From: Cyanophora paradoxa CCMP329
Lineage: Eukaryota; Plantae; Glaucophyta
DNA length: 55,682 bases
Direction of reading: 5' to 3'
Assembly (NCBI GenBank): GCA_004431415.1
Contig: QPMI01000324.1
Span: 1-55,682, forward strand
Below the pieces are notes generated by a model, which saw nothing but the letters and a program-made list of their open reading frames with translations, was not told the DNA's origin and did not search any database. Shown piece by piece: positions 10,340-23,110 of this stretch. The first letter of the stretch is position 1; each line of letters starts with the position of its first letter. Made by a program: the position numbers and the translations under genes.

Positions 10340-10760
10340 CACGTATATATTGATATATCGCCAGGTTTGTCGATAAATTGATTAATATTCTTCATATTAA
10401 GATTATTGATTTGTATATTATCTTGTATAAATATTGAGCCAGTACTAGTGGAGGATCTCCGGGGGATCCAGCTGCAGGTCGCATGCACAGGCCTAGGTCA
10501 GCTATACTATAGCCTATATAGCTATATATAGGCCCTGACGGCCCATGACTAGCTATAGGCGGGCCAGAACACATGTACATCTGGCATTGGCTTTTTGCAT
10601 CTATATAAATAAGTTGATCTGCAGGCCACCTATTTTCACATATCGTGCGGGCCGCCTAATTCATGATCTGCATGCACACACCTATGCATACATGCTGTCA
10701 CATCGCAAATATGATCCCTACTCTGGCCTAGCCCTGCCTAGTCCTGCAAATATAAACCCT
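10340..10760. repeat. AT-rich, short-palindrome-dense non-coding block
   Basis: TATA runs plus densely packed AGTACT, ACTAGT, GGATCC, CAGCTG, CTGCAG, GCATGC, AGGCCT, CCTAGG. Confidence 0.55.
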
Positions 10761-10879
10761 ACCCTGGCCCCGGATGCAGCCGCACGCGCTCCAGCCCGAC
10801 ACCGTCCGCTCACGCGCGGCTTCAATTAGTCGTTCGTCCCTAGTTGCTAGGAAACAAAGGGCGAGTCATAAGCCGGAGG

Positions 10880-11706
10880 ATAACGGGTGAAGCGATGCGG
10901 CCCGCACCAGGTCGTTCTGCACCTCGCCGCCCTCGCTGGGCCATGCGCATCGCGGTGAGCGAGAGCTTAAATCGAATGGAAAGAGGAAAAGGCCGGTACG
11001 CAGGCGGCTATGCACCTCGGCGAGGAGAGGAGGCAGAAATTCAGCTTGCGATTGCTCCGCGTCCGCTGATGGCGAGAGCGACGCGCTCGCTGCGCTTGGA
11101 GAGTCAATCGAAAGAAAAGAAGCATCCGCGCCGGCAAACGACCGCACCTCGGCCCGAGCGGCCGAAAGCATGATCTCCGAGGCGCCCGGCAGCCCGCGAC
11201 CGTGACCGCGAGGGCGAGGGCGAGGGCGAAGAGCTCGCTGCGCTCGGATCGAAAGAGAAGAAATATGCGCGACAGCAAACGACCGCACCTGCGCCCGAGC
11301 GGCCGCAAGCATGAACTCCGAGGCCGATCCCAGCAGCCACGGGCCACACGTCCGGAAAGCGGCACGCACTGCGCTGCGCACGCCGCCGGCGTTACAACAA
11401 GATCAAAGGGCGAGCAGTGGAGACAAGAGCGAGCACCTGGCCTGCGGAAGAAGGCGCCGGGCGAACTGGGCGGTGGTGTTCTGCTCGCGGGGACCAGTCA
11501 CGCCCGCTCCCTGGCCCGCCAGCGAAATGAGGGATTGAATCAAAGGAGAGGAAACGAAAAGCACCTTGCTTCGCCTCCGCAGCCGCCGCCTACGTTCCGT
11601 GCGTGCCTGTCAGCGGCAGAACGCCCACTGGCGACAGCGGCGGGAGGAATGGACAAAAAAGGCAACAAGGAGGTCGACAGCGATGCGTTCGCGAGCGTTC
11701 ACGGCC
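10880..11706 (+). repeat. repeat family R, 5' part, cut at the LINE-A 3' end
   Basis: Highly similar to ~21455-22153; similarity stops at GCGTTCACGGCC 11706. Confidence 0.85.
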
Positions 11707-14700
11707 TGTAAATGAATTCGCACACACCGAGACAAATGGCTAGAGATATAGCTGAGGTGTCCATCTGTGTCAAGTCGAGAGATGAGCCTACGGGACTAAG
11801 CCTTTCGGACATCGGACCGGGTGGAGCTCGGATATGAAAGTAACTGGAGACGCTACCCCGGGAACTAAGTCTAGCCTAGTAGTAGAGCTGCAGCACAGGA
11901 AAGATCCTACGCGGGAGAGGGAGTGACTACCCGGGGACGAGAGTAGAAATCAGAGGTGGGCAGCGAAGTGAGCTGCAGCTGTAGCTAGCTCTATGCCTAG
12001 TAGGCTAGGGCCTCCGAGAAGGCGCACTATAATCTAACCACTCTGTACACGCTAGAGTACGGCCCGCCGTGTCGTCGGCACGGCGGGTCGGGTCTGGGGC
12101 TCGCTCGTGCGAGAGCAGGCCTGGTGGAGCCGCCGGGCTCAGAGCATCGGGAAAGATTGATCGGGGAAAGGGGGGATGGGGGCGAGGAGGAGGGCACGGC
12201 ATGGGGCAACATTGGGCGGCGGGAAAGGACGGGGGAGGACCGGGTCGGGCGGCCGCGGTCGGGAGGAGGGAGGTTCCAGTGGCGCGTTCCGCCGGGCTTC
12301 CAGCCGCCCGCCGACCGCCTCCCCCCCGCCGCGGGCAATGACGAGCCCCCTCCACGGCGGTCCGACCGCCCCGGCCTGGCGTGTGGCCAGGGCAGGCGCC
12401 GGTGGGTTCAGCGGCCGACCGACGACCTTCCACCTGGCAGCCCGCACCACCGTCCCCTCCCTGGGGTAGCGGGAGATCAGCAGAACGGTGGGGGCAGAGG
12501 GGGTGAAGGGTGGGGCCGTGGGGGAGGGCGACTGGGGCAACGGGCGAGTGAGGGCAGAGGGGGCAAGAGCAGCGGTGGCGGCGGGAGGCGAGCGTGTCGG
12601 CGGTAGCGAGGGAGGTGTGGAGGAACAAGTCGCGCAGGCGGCGGCGGGTCGGCGGGCGCGAGGGCCCGGCGGGCGGCCGTAGGTGATAGGTTGAGAGTGA
12701 GGTCGTCAGTGGGCGTAGTGGTGGAGTCTCCGTGTCTCCACGTCTCCTCCAGTTGTAGCCCCCCCCCCCCCCCCCTCCCCCTACGAGGGAAGGTTAATCG
12801 TCCGGGGGGGGCAGGCTCCAGGGGCAGACCTTGGTGCTGTCGTAGAGCTCTTGGGCTTGAAGCGCTGCCTTCCATCCTCGGTATTCCGGCGGGCAGTCCG
12901 CGTTCTGAGCTGCGCGAAGGTCGTTATGAAGGTGTATGGGCCCGTCGCAGGCAGGACAGAGCTCTATCGGGACACGGGGTCCGCGGGCACGTTCTTTAGC
13001 TCTAGCTCCTGTGCGGGGCGGGCGCGGGCGACGCTTAGAGGTTTGAGAGATGCGACAGTCTCGTTCCCATGCTGCGTTGATCTCGCACCGGCTGGCCCAG
13101 AGCCGACGCGCGCGTTTGATCAGCATCTGGCGTACGCGCTTGGCCGTGCGGGGCGCGCGGCGCGGGTCGAGGTCGAGGGCGCGGATCAAGTCCCGCTCGA
13201 GCGACTGCGGGGCAACACCTTGGAGGACCCAGAGCCGCGAGTACGTGGTCGGGCGGTCGTCGGAGCTGCGCGCTTCGGCGTCATCGTCGGCTACGCGCAG
13301 ATAGGTGGGCACAAGGCCGGAGGTGAGCGCTATCCTGGGATCAATGTTCTTGAGTTGGGGTCCGTGAGTCTCGCGGTGGGCGCGCCGCAGGAAGCGATTC
13401 AGCTCACGGGCGGTCTCCGCGCGGTGCGCCACTGCATGGGGCCCCGGGCAGAGGAAGACGTGTGTGAATGTCTCCGCCGGGCCCGCCATGAGAGCTATCG
13501 GTATCTCGCGCCGTCTGCTGGGGCCGGCCTGCACTGGCTGCTCGTTCGCTTCAGCTGGGCTTGCGCAGTCTCGCCGGGTACTCGGTGTCCTCGTGGCGCA
13601 GGCCGCGCAGCGGCCGCCCGGGTTATAGGCTGCGTAGAGGTCAGGCCTATCCCGTACCCGGACTTCGTTCGCTGGAAGCGAGCTGCAGATCAATTGGGTC
13701 CTGAACTTGAAAAGCGCGTTGCGAGCTCCGCTCGCGCCGCGGAACCTGGGTCCTACGGCTGTCTCCGCGTACAGCCCGCCGATGTCTGCCCCGGCGTCTC
13801 CGCGGCGTAGAAACGCACCAGCCAGTGGTTGTTGAGCCCAAGCGAAGTGTGTGTGATGCTCATGTAAGGTGTCCATGTGTTCCTTCGGGTCGCCTTCCAC
13901 CCGTCGCACGGTGCCGTCCCCGTTACCGATTGTGAGGACGGCTGGCATGCTGAACTCCGGTGGCAGGAAAACGGGCTCGTGAAGACTCTCTGCAGGGAGT
14001 TGTTCGTCGGCTGTGCGATTCGCAAGAGCGTCGGCAACGTCATTGTGCAGGTCGCGCGCTTCGCCTTGCGCGTGCGCCTTCACTTTCACCAGCGTGAGCG
14101 GCCGCCCCCTCATATCTAGTTGGGCCCTGAGCTTACGCCACGCATACAGTTCGGCAGAGCAGACGTGCCGGATGTACTCCCGCGGGCTACGCTGGGCGGC
14201 GTCGAGAACGAATTCCTTACACCAGCGGATCGCGTTCTGGTTGTCGATGTGGACGACGGCTCCGAACGGGGATAGCATGTCCGCCATAAGCACTGCCTGT
14301 AATTCCGCTTTGTTGATCTCCTGCGTCCCACTCAGGCGGGCGCGGAAGCTTGGAAAGACTTCCGGCGGGTGGAGGTTCGCGCCCGTACGCAGGTGACGCG
14401 CGGGCCAGTGGACCGCATAGGCCCCGCACGCTAGGCTCGTCTGACCGTCCAGCAGGCTCCCGTCCGTCCAGGCTTGGGCTGGCGCGGCCGCCTCGTAGGT
14501 CCCGTCGGAGGCGGCTTCAGCTGCCCAACCCTCCAGCCCATCCCACGCCTGCAGAAAGGTCGCCCAGGAGTCCTCGTCCCTCAGTGCGCAGTAGTATTTC
14601 CGTGCCTGCCTATCGGTAATCGGAGCCGCCTCGTCTTGCGGCAGGTGCAGCGGATCCGGCGGGTCCGCTTCCAGCTCGGCGAGGCGGGCGGCATCCTCGG

Positions 14701-17700
14701 GTGAGAGGAGGTGCCATTGAACGCGCTCGTCCCCTTCCTGCCTGGCTTGCAGCAGCATCCGCCACTGGTGCGCATCCATCGCCTCTGCCGCGGTTCGCCC
14801 GGGGTGAAAATATTCGAGTAAGCCTTGGCGCAGGACCTTGCGGCTGGCGCCGCCTGAACGGGTAGCGACCTGGCCCTTGCATTCGTCCACGGGCACGTTG
14901 CTGAGCGCAGCGGTTGACATGGAGCCAGGTACGGTTCCCAGCGCGGCGGCGTGTTCGACCCAGCCCCCGATAGAAGTGCCGTGCTCCCCTGCATCGTCGC
15001 AGGTGCTCGTCGCGCGGCAGGCCGCGCCGGCGGCCCGCGGGCAGGTGTGATCGTCGTGCCAGTGCCGTCGGCCCTCCCCGGGTATGATATTGTAGCGGCG
15101 CTGCGCAAGGGGCGGCTCCCGGATTTCGTGCTGACAGTGCCCATCGCAGCGGCAGTAGGCGCCGTCGGCGACCGGGTCCGCTTCTTCCGGGACAGGGATC
15201 CAGTGTTCGAGCCGGCATTCCGTCGCAACGAGGCGGCCCGGCTTGGACTCCGCCGTACGGAGGCGTCCTAAGTGGGGCGGTATCGTGGCATCGTGAATGG
15301 TCGCTAGGTCGAAGTAGCAGATGAAGTCGTCCGGGCGGTGAATGTATTTCTTAGCTCCGCCTGGCAGCTGCGCCATGGCCGAGGGGGGGGTGCCGGGGGG
15401 CTGCCGCATCGGGTACCGCAGGGCGCCCTTGCCGCTGGAGTCTAGCGTTAGGGCCTGGGCCAGGGGTTTCCACCAGGGGGGGGCGGCCCAAGGCAGTGTG
15501 TCGCGGGGGGCGCGGAGGTGCAGGTCCCGCCAGGTGCAGAGGCGCTCGCCGTCGCGTGCTGTGACAGAGGACATCCAGTACATGCCGGCAGCATAGAGGG
15601 CAGGAGCGGCGTCGTTGAAGATATCTTTGGGGATATGAGTCGCCAAAACGTACTCGCGCATGAGCTCTGCCGGCTTCGGCCAGGGTACCCCACTCCCAGG
15701 GGGGTACGGGGCGCTCACGTAGCGTGCGTGGTTCGATTGGATCCTGTACTGGCGGCGCTGTAGCAACGGCATCACAGCGGCGATCGTGTTGGCCTTCGCG
15801 AGTTGGGGCGTGACGCGCGCGTTCAGGAACTCTGTCGGCAGCAGCGGCACGCCTAGCTTTCGCTGGAGGGCGCGAACGTGGTGGGCCATCACCTGGGAGA
15901 GCAGATCGTCAGGCTCGCCGCAGAGCCGCGCGAGCAGATCCATGATCTGGTTCTTGGCCATCAGGTGCGCCGTGCGCGGGAGGCGATACGTGCCGTGGCT
16001 CCAGAGTGCATAGTTCGATGTCGACGCCGCTAGTCCACCGTGGTGCTTAACTACTCGCAGCCAGATGGCGTCCAGATGGTCGCACTGGGCTTCCGACATC
16101 GGCACCACCTTGAGCCCGTACGCGATCCGGGCCTGCACGACGGCCTCGACGATGTAGCAGGCCTCTTGCGCGGTCAGTTGCTTGCGTGCAATGACCGCAA
16201 CGGTCTCGCGGGCTTGCGCTTCCATCTGTCTGATTTGCTCGGTCCAGGACAGGTTTGCGGTCAAGTAGACGCCGAGCAGCTTAAAGTGCGCGCCCGGCGC
16301 CAGCTTCTTGCCGACCGGCACGCGTGGATGGCCCAGCAGCGGAGCTTTTGGCTCGGGTGAGACGTTGTTGTACACGAACTCGGTTTTCGAAGCGTTGACC
16401 GTAATGTCGTGCATGCGGAAGAACTCGGAGGCCACGTCGGCCAGTCTCTGAATCCCGGCCGCTGTGCCGCTCCACCACTGGGTGTCGTCCACGTACGCGC
16501 ACCCCGTGACGCGCGCGCGGGGCTGCCCGGCGTCCGCGACCGCATCGCCCAGAACGTACGCGACCCCCTCCCCGCCTTGATCGCAGTCGATTCTGTCCAA
16601 CTCTTGCTGAGCGCAGAGGAGGGCATCGTAGAAGATGAGCCAGTGGAGCGGGGACTCGATGCCGCCCTGTGGAAGGCCGCATTCAAGCTCGAAGGCGTCA
16701 GAGAGTCCGTGCCCCGTGATCGCGCACGCGCGCCGGCGCTCAAAGATATTGCGATGCAGGTCAATGTACCCCTCCGGGGCCCCGATCCGGCGGAGGGAGA
16801 GCTCCATGCTGACCCACGACACTGAATCGTACGCCCGCCGGATGTCCTGGAGCAAGATATAGATGGGCTTTTGGTGCTCTTTAGCGTCCTCTAGGATGGC
16901 CACCGTGAGGTGCAAGGCGTCGTCCGTTGACTTGGCTTTCCTGAAGCCGTAGTTCACCCCCTTCAGCACCCCGTGCTTCTCTATAGCATCCGCTAGTCGC
17001 TTCGTGAGCAGGCCCGTCGCTAGCTTCAGGCCGACCTCTTGGAGCGTGATGGGGCGGAGATTGCCTTCGATGTCCCCGTCCCAGACCCCCTTCTTCGGGA
17101 TCCCGAAGATATTGCTCTCACACATCTCGCTGGGCAGGTCGCGGAGGCGGAGCACCTCGCAAAAACAAAATTTGCTCCCCTCTCTGGGTTATTGGACCGG
17201 GCCACGACGGGCATGATGACCCTTAACGCCATCAGACGACCGCCATCAGGAGCCGGCGCCCGCGGGGTGGGTACGCCTCCGGATCCATCGCGTCGGGCAG
17301 CTCCGGGTTCCAGAGCGTCTTCAAGATTGCGTTTGTACAGTTCGAGGGCCCGCCCGCCCCGTTTGTCAGCAAGCGCACGTACGCCCCTAGCTCCTCGTAC
17401 GTAAGCTCGATCATTGTCCCGGCGAATGCATCTGCTGCACCAGCTTGCAGAGCCAGGGGCTGGTAGGCTGCACGCCAGAAGTCGGGGGGCAGGTAGTCTA
17501 GCGCGGAGTCGGGCACCAGGTCGACTGTGCCGCCAAGCTGGGGGTTGCGTTTGGCACACCATTGCTTCCAGTGCTCGGCCATGACGGCTTTGACCTCATC
17601 GGGAGACGTGTAAATTTCGTAAAAGTTTCCGTCGCGCGCTAGTCGCGTGACGTGCATGATCGGCTCCCCGCACGAGCGTCCAAGTACAGAGTTTAGATAG

Positions 17701-20618
17701 CTGCGCAGCTGGCGCGGGTCCGCAAAGCGCGCCTGGCGCACCGTGACGAACTCCTGGATCTGCCGGTTACGTTCTGCGCTCGTCTCTTTCTGGTGGCGTC
17801 TGCAAACGCGGTTCCGCCAGTTGTTCAGGAGCTTGAAGTAGAGTCGCCACGACCCGTAGCGGGCCGGGAAGGGCGCTGCATCGTCCGGGTCACGGACGGG
17901 GCGGCGCGGCATGGGTTCGGGTCCCGGGACGAGGCTTTTGACGAGGCCCTCAAGTTTCTCGATCCGGGTGATCAATCGGGATGATGGTAAGCCTCCAGCG
18001 GATTCTGCAGCCCATCCAGCGAGTAGGCGACCAACCTTCTTGTCCATCACCAGCTGCCATGCGACCGGCCGCCGGTTCGCGGGGCGGGAGCCGCGCGCTT
18101 TCAGGCACTTGTGTTCTTTAGCTAGCGCCAGCACGTCCTCGGTGGCCCGCCGGTAGAGGGTACCGATTCGCTCCCGCCGCTCCTCGTCGGTGCCGCCGCC
18201 AACGCCGTTCAGGGCCTTGTCCAGTTCTGTCTCCAGTCCTTTCAAGCGCTCTTCCACCGCCTTTCGGAACGCCGGGAGCTTCTCTTTGTCTATGAGGTGC
18301 AGCGCGAAGAGGGGCGGAGGCTTCGCCGGGCGCGCCTCGTCCTTGGCTGGCTGGCTGAGCCCCGCCGTTTTCAGGTCATAGTCGGCCATGACGGGAAGGT
18401 GATCAGAAGGGTGCGGCATGGCCACGGCTCGGGGCAGTGCATGCACCGATCGCAGCGCCTTTTTCAGGCTCGCCGAGTGAAGCACCGCATCGATGCGCCC
18501 CGCCGAGATGATAACGTCGTCGGGCGCAGGATCCAGCAGGCGGTCGTCCAGCACGAGTTCCGGCGCCTCGGCCGCCGAGTCCCCGTTTTCGTCGTCGTCC
18601 GCTGGCGGGGCCCCCGATGTCTCCGCTGGCGGGCCATGGCAGGCAATAAAGGTGACCTCCGCTCCTTTTCTTTTCTCTTCTGCCGCATCCAACAGTCCCC
18701 AAGTGCCTCGCAGCGTCCCCCACCACGCGCGTTCCGGTATCTGGGACTGGATGAAGCTGCCTTGACGAATGCGGGAGATGGCCGGGATCGCAACAGAGTT
18801 CCAGTCACCCAGGAGAATCAGGTGAGCTTTCGCACGAGAGCGAAAGTCCGCGTTGATGCGCTCGAGGCACTCCATCAGCGCCTTTTGATCCGCGATGTGC
18901 TCAGGTTTACTCTCGGTGGGAGGCATGTAGGCGCTCGCGACGAACAGCTGGCGGTTCGCCTTGAGGCGGATTTCACACCCGGCGAGTCTGCCCGGGCAGC
19001 GGTAGTGCCGCGCGATGTGGCGCGCCCACGGCTCGGCGACCCAGAGAGCAGTCCCGTTCCCTTTGGTTTTCGATTTCTTAATCGAGTGGATCAGCCTCCC
19101 GCGCGTGATTGAGCTGAGCGGGGCCTCGCCGGGGGCAGCGGTTGGGGTGAGGAGAGCCGCCTGCAACTCAGCATTCGAAATCGAGAGCTCCGGCAGCGGT
19201 ATCAAATCTAGTGCCCATTTCGCCGCAAAGTCTTCCGCCTGCTGTAGCCGGCCCGCCGACGTGCCCCTTGTGTTAAACATCATCACTCTGAGAGCACCAG
19301 CGGGCTTGTGGCGGGGGAGGGCGGGCGCCGGGCCTATGAGAGGGCTCCCAGCAGCAAAGTGCGCGGGCGGGAAGAGACTACTGAAGGTGAGGGTGGGGGG
19401 GGCTGGCTGGGCTTGCGTGGCGGCGGGCTGAGCTACCTCCGTATCCGGTGCGTTAGGGGCAGGCGACGCGCAGGCAAAAAGAGACTGCGTCCGTTTTTAA
19501 GACATGGCAGGGAGCGTGGGCGCCTCCGTTAGGGCCCTCATAGCTAGCTAAGGTAATAGCCGGGAGAGCGGAGCCAGCCGAGCAGCGGCGGCCAGGGAAC
19601 GGTGGGGTCGGCCAGGCGGGGAAAGTGCTGTGGGCCTTGCGCTTCTTGATTCCGGAGGAGGCATTCGTGCATCTGTGACAGCCCCGCGTTCCTGCGAGCG
19701 CAGTTGGTGCCGGAAGGACGATCGGCACTTCGCGTGCTGCGTATGTGGTGGCGGACCAGCTAGCCAGACGCGGGAGCACACGGTCTTGCCGTCCCATCGC
19801 AGGGTGATGCTCCCCACGCGGCGGCTCCCAGTTGCCTGCCAGTTCGTCTCATCCGACATCAGGACGCGAAGTTCATCCGCGTGTTCCGTCGTTCGCAGTG
19901 CCGTCACGCGCTCAATGTCGCCGGGGACGACCAGGAGGTGGTGCGTGCGCCCATTGAAGAGGGCGTAGTGGTCGCCGCTCGCCTCCAGCAGGACCGTGAT
20001 GTCCGGTATATGCGGGGGGTGAAGGCTGGCGTTGGGGACTTCCCCATAGGCTATCCGGACCCGAGTGTAGGTCCCTTCGACCGCCGGCTCGTTGCTCGCT
20101 GCGGCCATGCAGCGGGAGGATCCGTGGGGGGGTACGGGAGTGCTTGGGCGGGCAGGGCGCTCGGTGCCATTAGCTAGCCGAGGTCCAGCTGCGCAATCAT
20201 GTTCCGCGTCGCCTGCCAGCGGCAGCGAAGGGAGTGGCACCCCGCCAAAATGCCTAGAGTGCCGCGTGCTGTTGCGTGTGGCAGCCGGCCTCGCGGTGAG
20301 CCGATCACATCTCGCGTTAGCCATCTCGCTCTTCTCGAGCGTCTGCGAGCTCAGTGGACCGGCCCGGTTCGGCGCGCTCGTGAGGTGACTTCGACGCTCT
20401 GGCGATGCGCCCCTGGCATTCGACTTTTCCAGGAGAGGCGGCCCAAGCCTGAGCAGTTCGGTCTTAGGCATAGACAGTTCGATTGTTATCATCTCTGGGA
20501 CGAGGTGGAGCAGAAGCATCTCGTCCTCATTGTGACCTGCGTGTCGCAGCCTCTGCCGAAGCGGCGCGCGCTCCGGCCCGTGATCATTCAGCGCACCCGG
20601 ATCAGCGGCGAGCCCGTA
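11707..20618 (-). mobile_element. non-LTR retrotransposon LINE-A (APE-RT-RNase H)
   Basis: pol at 12794-19286; 3' end inferred from the break in repeat R and from a matching terminal fragment at 27559-27616; 5' limit uncertain (set at the MITE). Confidence 0.8.
12794..19286 (-). pseudogene. LINE-A pol: AP endonuclease, reverse transcriptase, RNase H, CCHC finger; broken by a 73-nt insertion
   Basis: APE: FNTRG, LPE, YMP, GDWN, RID, SDH. RT: LRPITL, QDIRRAYD, LPQG, YVDD, LLG. RNase H: WTDGS, AEL, HID, KAH, ND.AD. Finger: CAAC..ETFTHVFLC. Confidence 0.93.
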
Positions 20619-20875
20619 GATCGTCACTTTTGGCTCCAGGTACGTTCGGTACAAAATAGGTACAAAATTGGTACGTTGTCGTACCAGATTCGTACCGCCC
20701 ACTGTACCGTGCACCGACGGTACGGTCGCTGCACCGTCGGTGCGTTTGGTACGCGGCGGACTCGTTCGGTACACGTCGGTACGCTGCCGTACCGTCGGTA
20801 CGCGTCGGTTCACGGCACTGTGTCCAAGCTGCACCAGAACGCACCGGTACCGCCCGGGAGCCAAAAGTGACGATC
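20619..20875. mobile_element. MITE-like element with perfect 19-bp terminal inverted repeats
   Basis: GATCGTCACTTTTGGCTCC (20619-20637) / GGAGCCAAAAGTGACGATC (20857-20875); interior filled with GTAC-core repeats; no clear TSD. Confidence 0.65.
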
Positions 20876-21454
20876 GGAGCCGCGCACCGGACCAGCGTAC
20901 CAGTATACGTATATATATATAGGTATATGCATACGCCGGCGGAGGGCGTCATTCCCCGCCCACTTCTCAGCCCGCCGGGCCAGCTACTAGAGAGCCATGG
21001 CTAGCCCAGTTCTCGCCCAGCTAGCAGAACTAGAGATCTAGAGCCAGATCGCCACCAAAGATTTGCCAGGCTGGCTCTGGCGTACGCGTTCTGGCTAGAA
21101 ATATATCAAAGCGTGGTATCTGATTCTTTGGGGGATGATCTATCTATCTACCTATCTACGATTCTGACTGTGAATACATCTTACTGGCCGCTTGTGGGCT
21201 CGTCTAGGCTGCACAGTGCACACACTGAAACTGAAACTGAAATTCTCTGCCTGCCGATTCTGACTACGCATACATCTGACTGGTCGATGGCGAACTCAAC
21301 TAGGCTGTACAAACTGAAACGGAAACTGAAACTGAATTTCGCTGCCTGCTGCTCCTCCACATAGCCTAGCGGTGGCTACGCAAAATTATGCGTGCGGGCC
21401 AGCAAGGAAAGGGACCGGGGGGGACGCGACTAGGGATTCACGTGGGAGGGGAGG

Positions 21455-23110
21455 GCGTGAAGCGATGCGGCCCGCGCGCGCTGTAGGTCGTGTGGCACCT
21501 CGCCGAGCCCGCTGCGCTGTGCGCATCGGGGTTAGCGAGCGCTCGAATCGAGGCGGGATCGAACGGGCCGCTGAGCACCTGGGCCAGGAGAGGGAGCAGC
21601 AGACCGGCTCGAGCTTGCCCCGCGGCCAGGATTTCCGCGACCGCGACCACGAGGGCGAGGGCGAGGGCGAGGGCGAAGCGCTCGCTGCGCTCGGAGAGTC
21701 AATCGAAAGAAAAGAAGCGTGCACGCCGGCAAACGACCGCACCTGCGCCCGAGTGGCCGCAAGCCTGAACTTCGAGAGCGCCAGCAGCCACACGTCCGGC
21801 GGAGAGCGGCATGCGCTGCGCTGCGCACGCCGCCGGCGTTACAACAAGATCAATGGGCAAGCAGCGGAGACAAGAGCGAGCACCTGGCCTGCGGAAGAAG
21901 TCGCCAAGCGAACTGGGCGGTGGTCTTCTGCTCGCGGGGACCAGTCACGCCCGCTCCCTGGCCCGCCAGCGGAGTGAGGGATTGAATCAAAGGAGAGGAA
22001 ACGAAAAGCACCTTGCTTCGCCTCCACAGCCACCGCCTACGTGCCGCGCGTGCCTGTCAGCGGCAGAACGCCCATTGGCGACAGCCGCGGGAGGAATGGA
22101 CAACAAAGGCAACAAGGAGGTCGACAGCGATGCGTTCGCGAGCGTTCGCGGCCGCAACCGGGAGCCAGCCGCCCTGAAGCAAGGCTCTGCGTTTGAAATC
22201 AGGCGGGCGACAGGCGGCGAGAGGGGCAGAGGATGCAAGAAAGTACCTTCGAGCATCGTTCGCGCTGGAAGCCGACGATGTTCGCTGCGGCGGCAGCAAG
22301 TCCGTTCGACCTTTTATGAAAAGCGGCATCAGAGACGCGGGCAGCGCTGCGAGACCCCGGAGGAGCCAACAAACCGACCCGCTGTGAGAGTGAAGCGCGT
22401 CCGCGCGGCAGCCTTCCGTCGAGGCTGCAGCTGCTGGCAGCAAGGCACTTGAAGGCAGCAAGTTTGGGGTACACGACTGATGGGGGAAAAAGGCTTGCGA
22501 GGCCCACAGCGGCAGGGCCGCCGCGGCAGCCGCGCCGTAGTACAGCTTGTCGAGGCCATCTGAAGCGAATGCCAGCGGCTCTTGCGGCCCTTGCTCGCAG
22601 CGCCGCCCGCTGCGTCAACTTCGCGGGTGCTCGCAGCACGCAGCGCGCGGTAGCTACGAGCACGCGAGCTTGTAACTACGGGTCCAGCTCCCCCCGTGGC
22701 GTCGTCCTTGCGCCGCGCCGATCTACAGCTAGATCGACCCGGCCCGCAACCCCGCGCCGGGCGACTTCGCCGCGCTGGCCGGCTTCTTTGCGTGGCTTTT
22801 AGCTCACTTACGTCCGCAGTATCTCTACTACACAACCCCGCACTCGATTTGGAGGGTTGAGGTGCACGCCGGCCGCGGCCACGGATGCGGTTCTGGTCGC
22901 CGGCGGAGCTCTCTCGCATGTTTCGGTGCATAGAGCGTCCCTTTGAGATGCTAACACAGTGCCTCTGACTCTGGACTGGCAGGATATTGCGTGAGCGCGC
23001 GGACCGACGCAACCTTCCGATCGGCGGTCGCCTCGGGTGCGCCTGCCAAGCACAGCATTGGGCCAGCGACGCGCGAGCACGTGGCTGACGAGGCCCAGAC
23101 CGCCGGGACG
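21455..23110 (+). repeat. repeat family R, diverged copy
   Basis: Matches 10880-11706 directly and ~37650-38790 in inverted orientation (e.g. CAGCAAGTTTGGGGTAC); 22990-23100 resembles 27125-27235. Confidence 0.75.

Noticed and set aside
10441-10497. Cloning-vector polylinker contamination
   Set aside because: The site order does not match the pUC-type MCS as I recall it, and similar palindrome-rich tracts occur elsewhere in the window; a UniVec search would settle it.
12794-13700. C-terminal restriction-like endonuclease (Dualen-type element)
   Set aside because: No PD..D/ExK motif is recognisable after the CCHC finger in either LINE.
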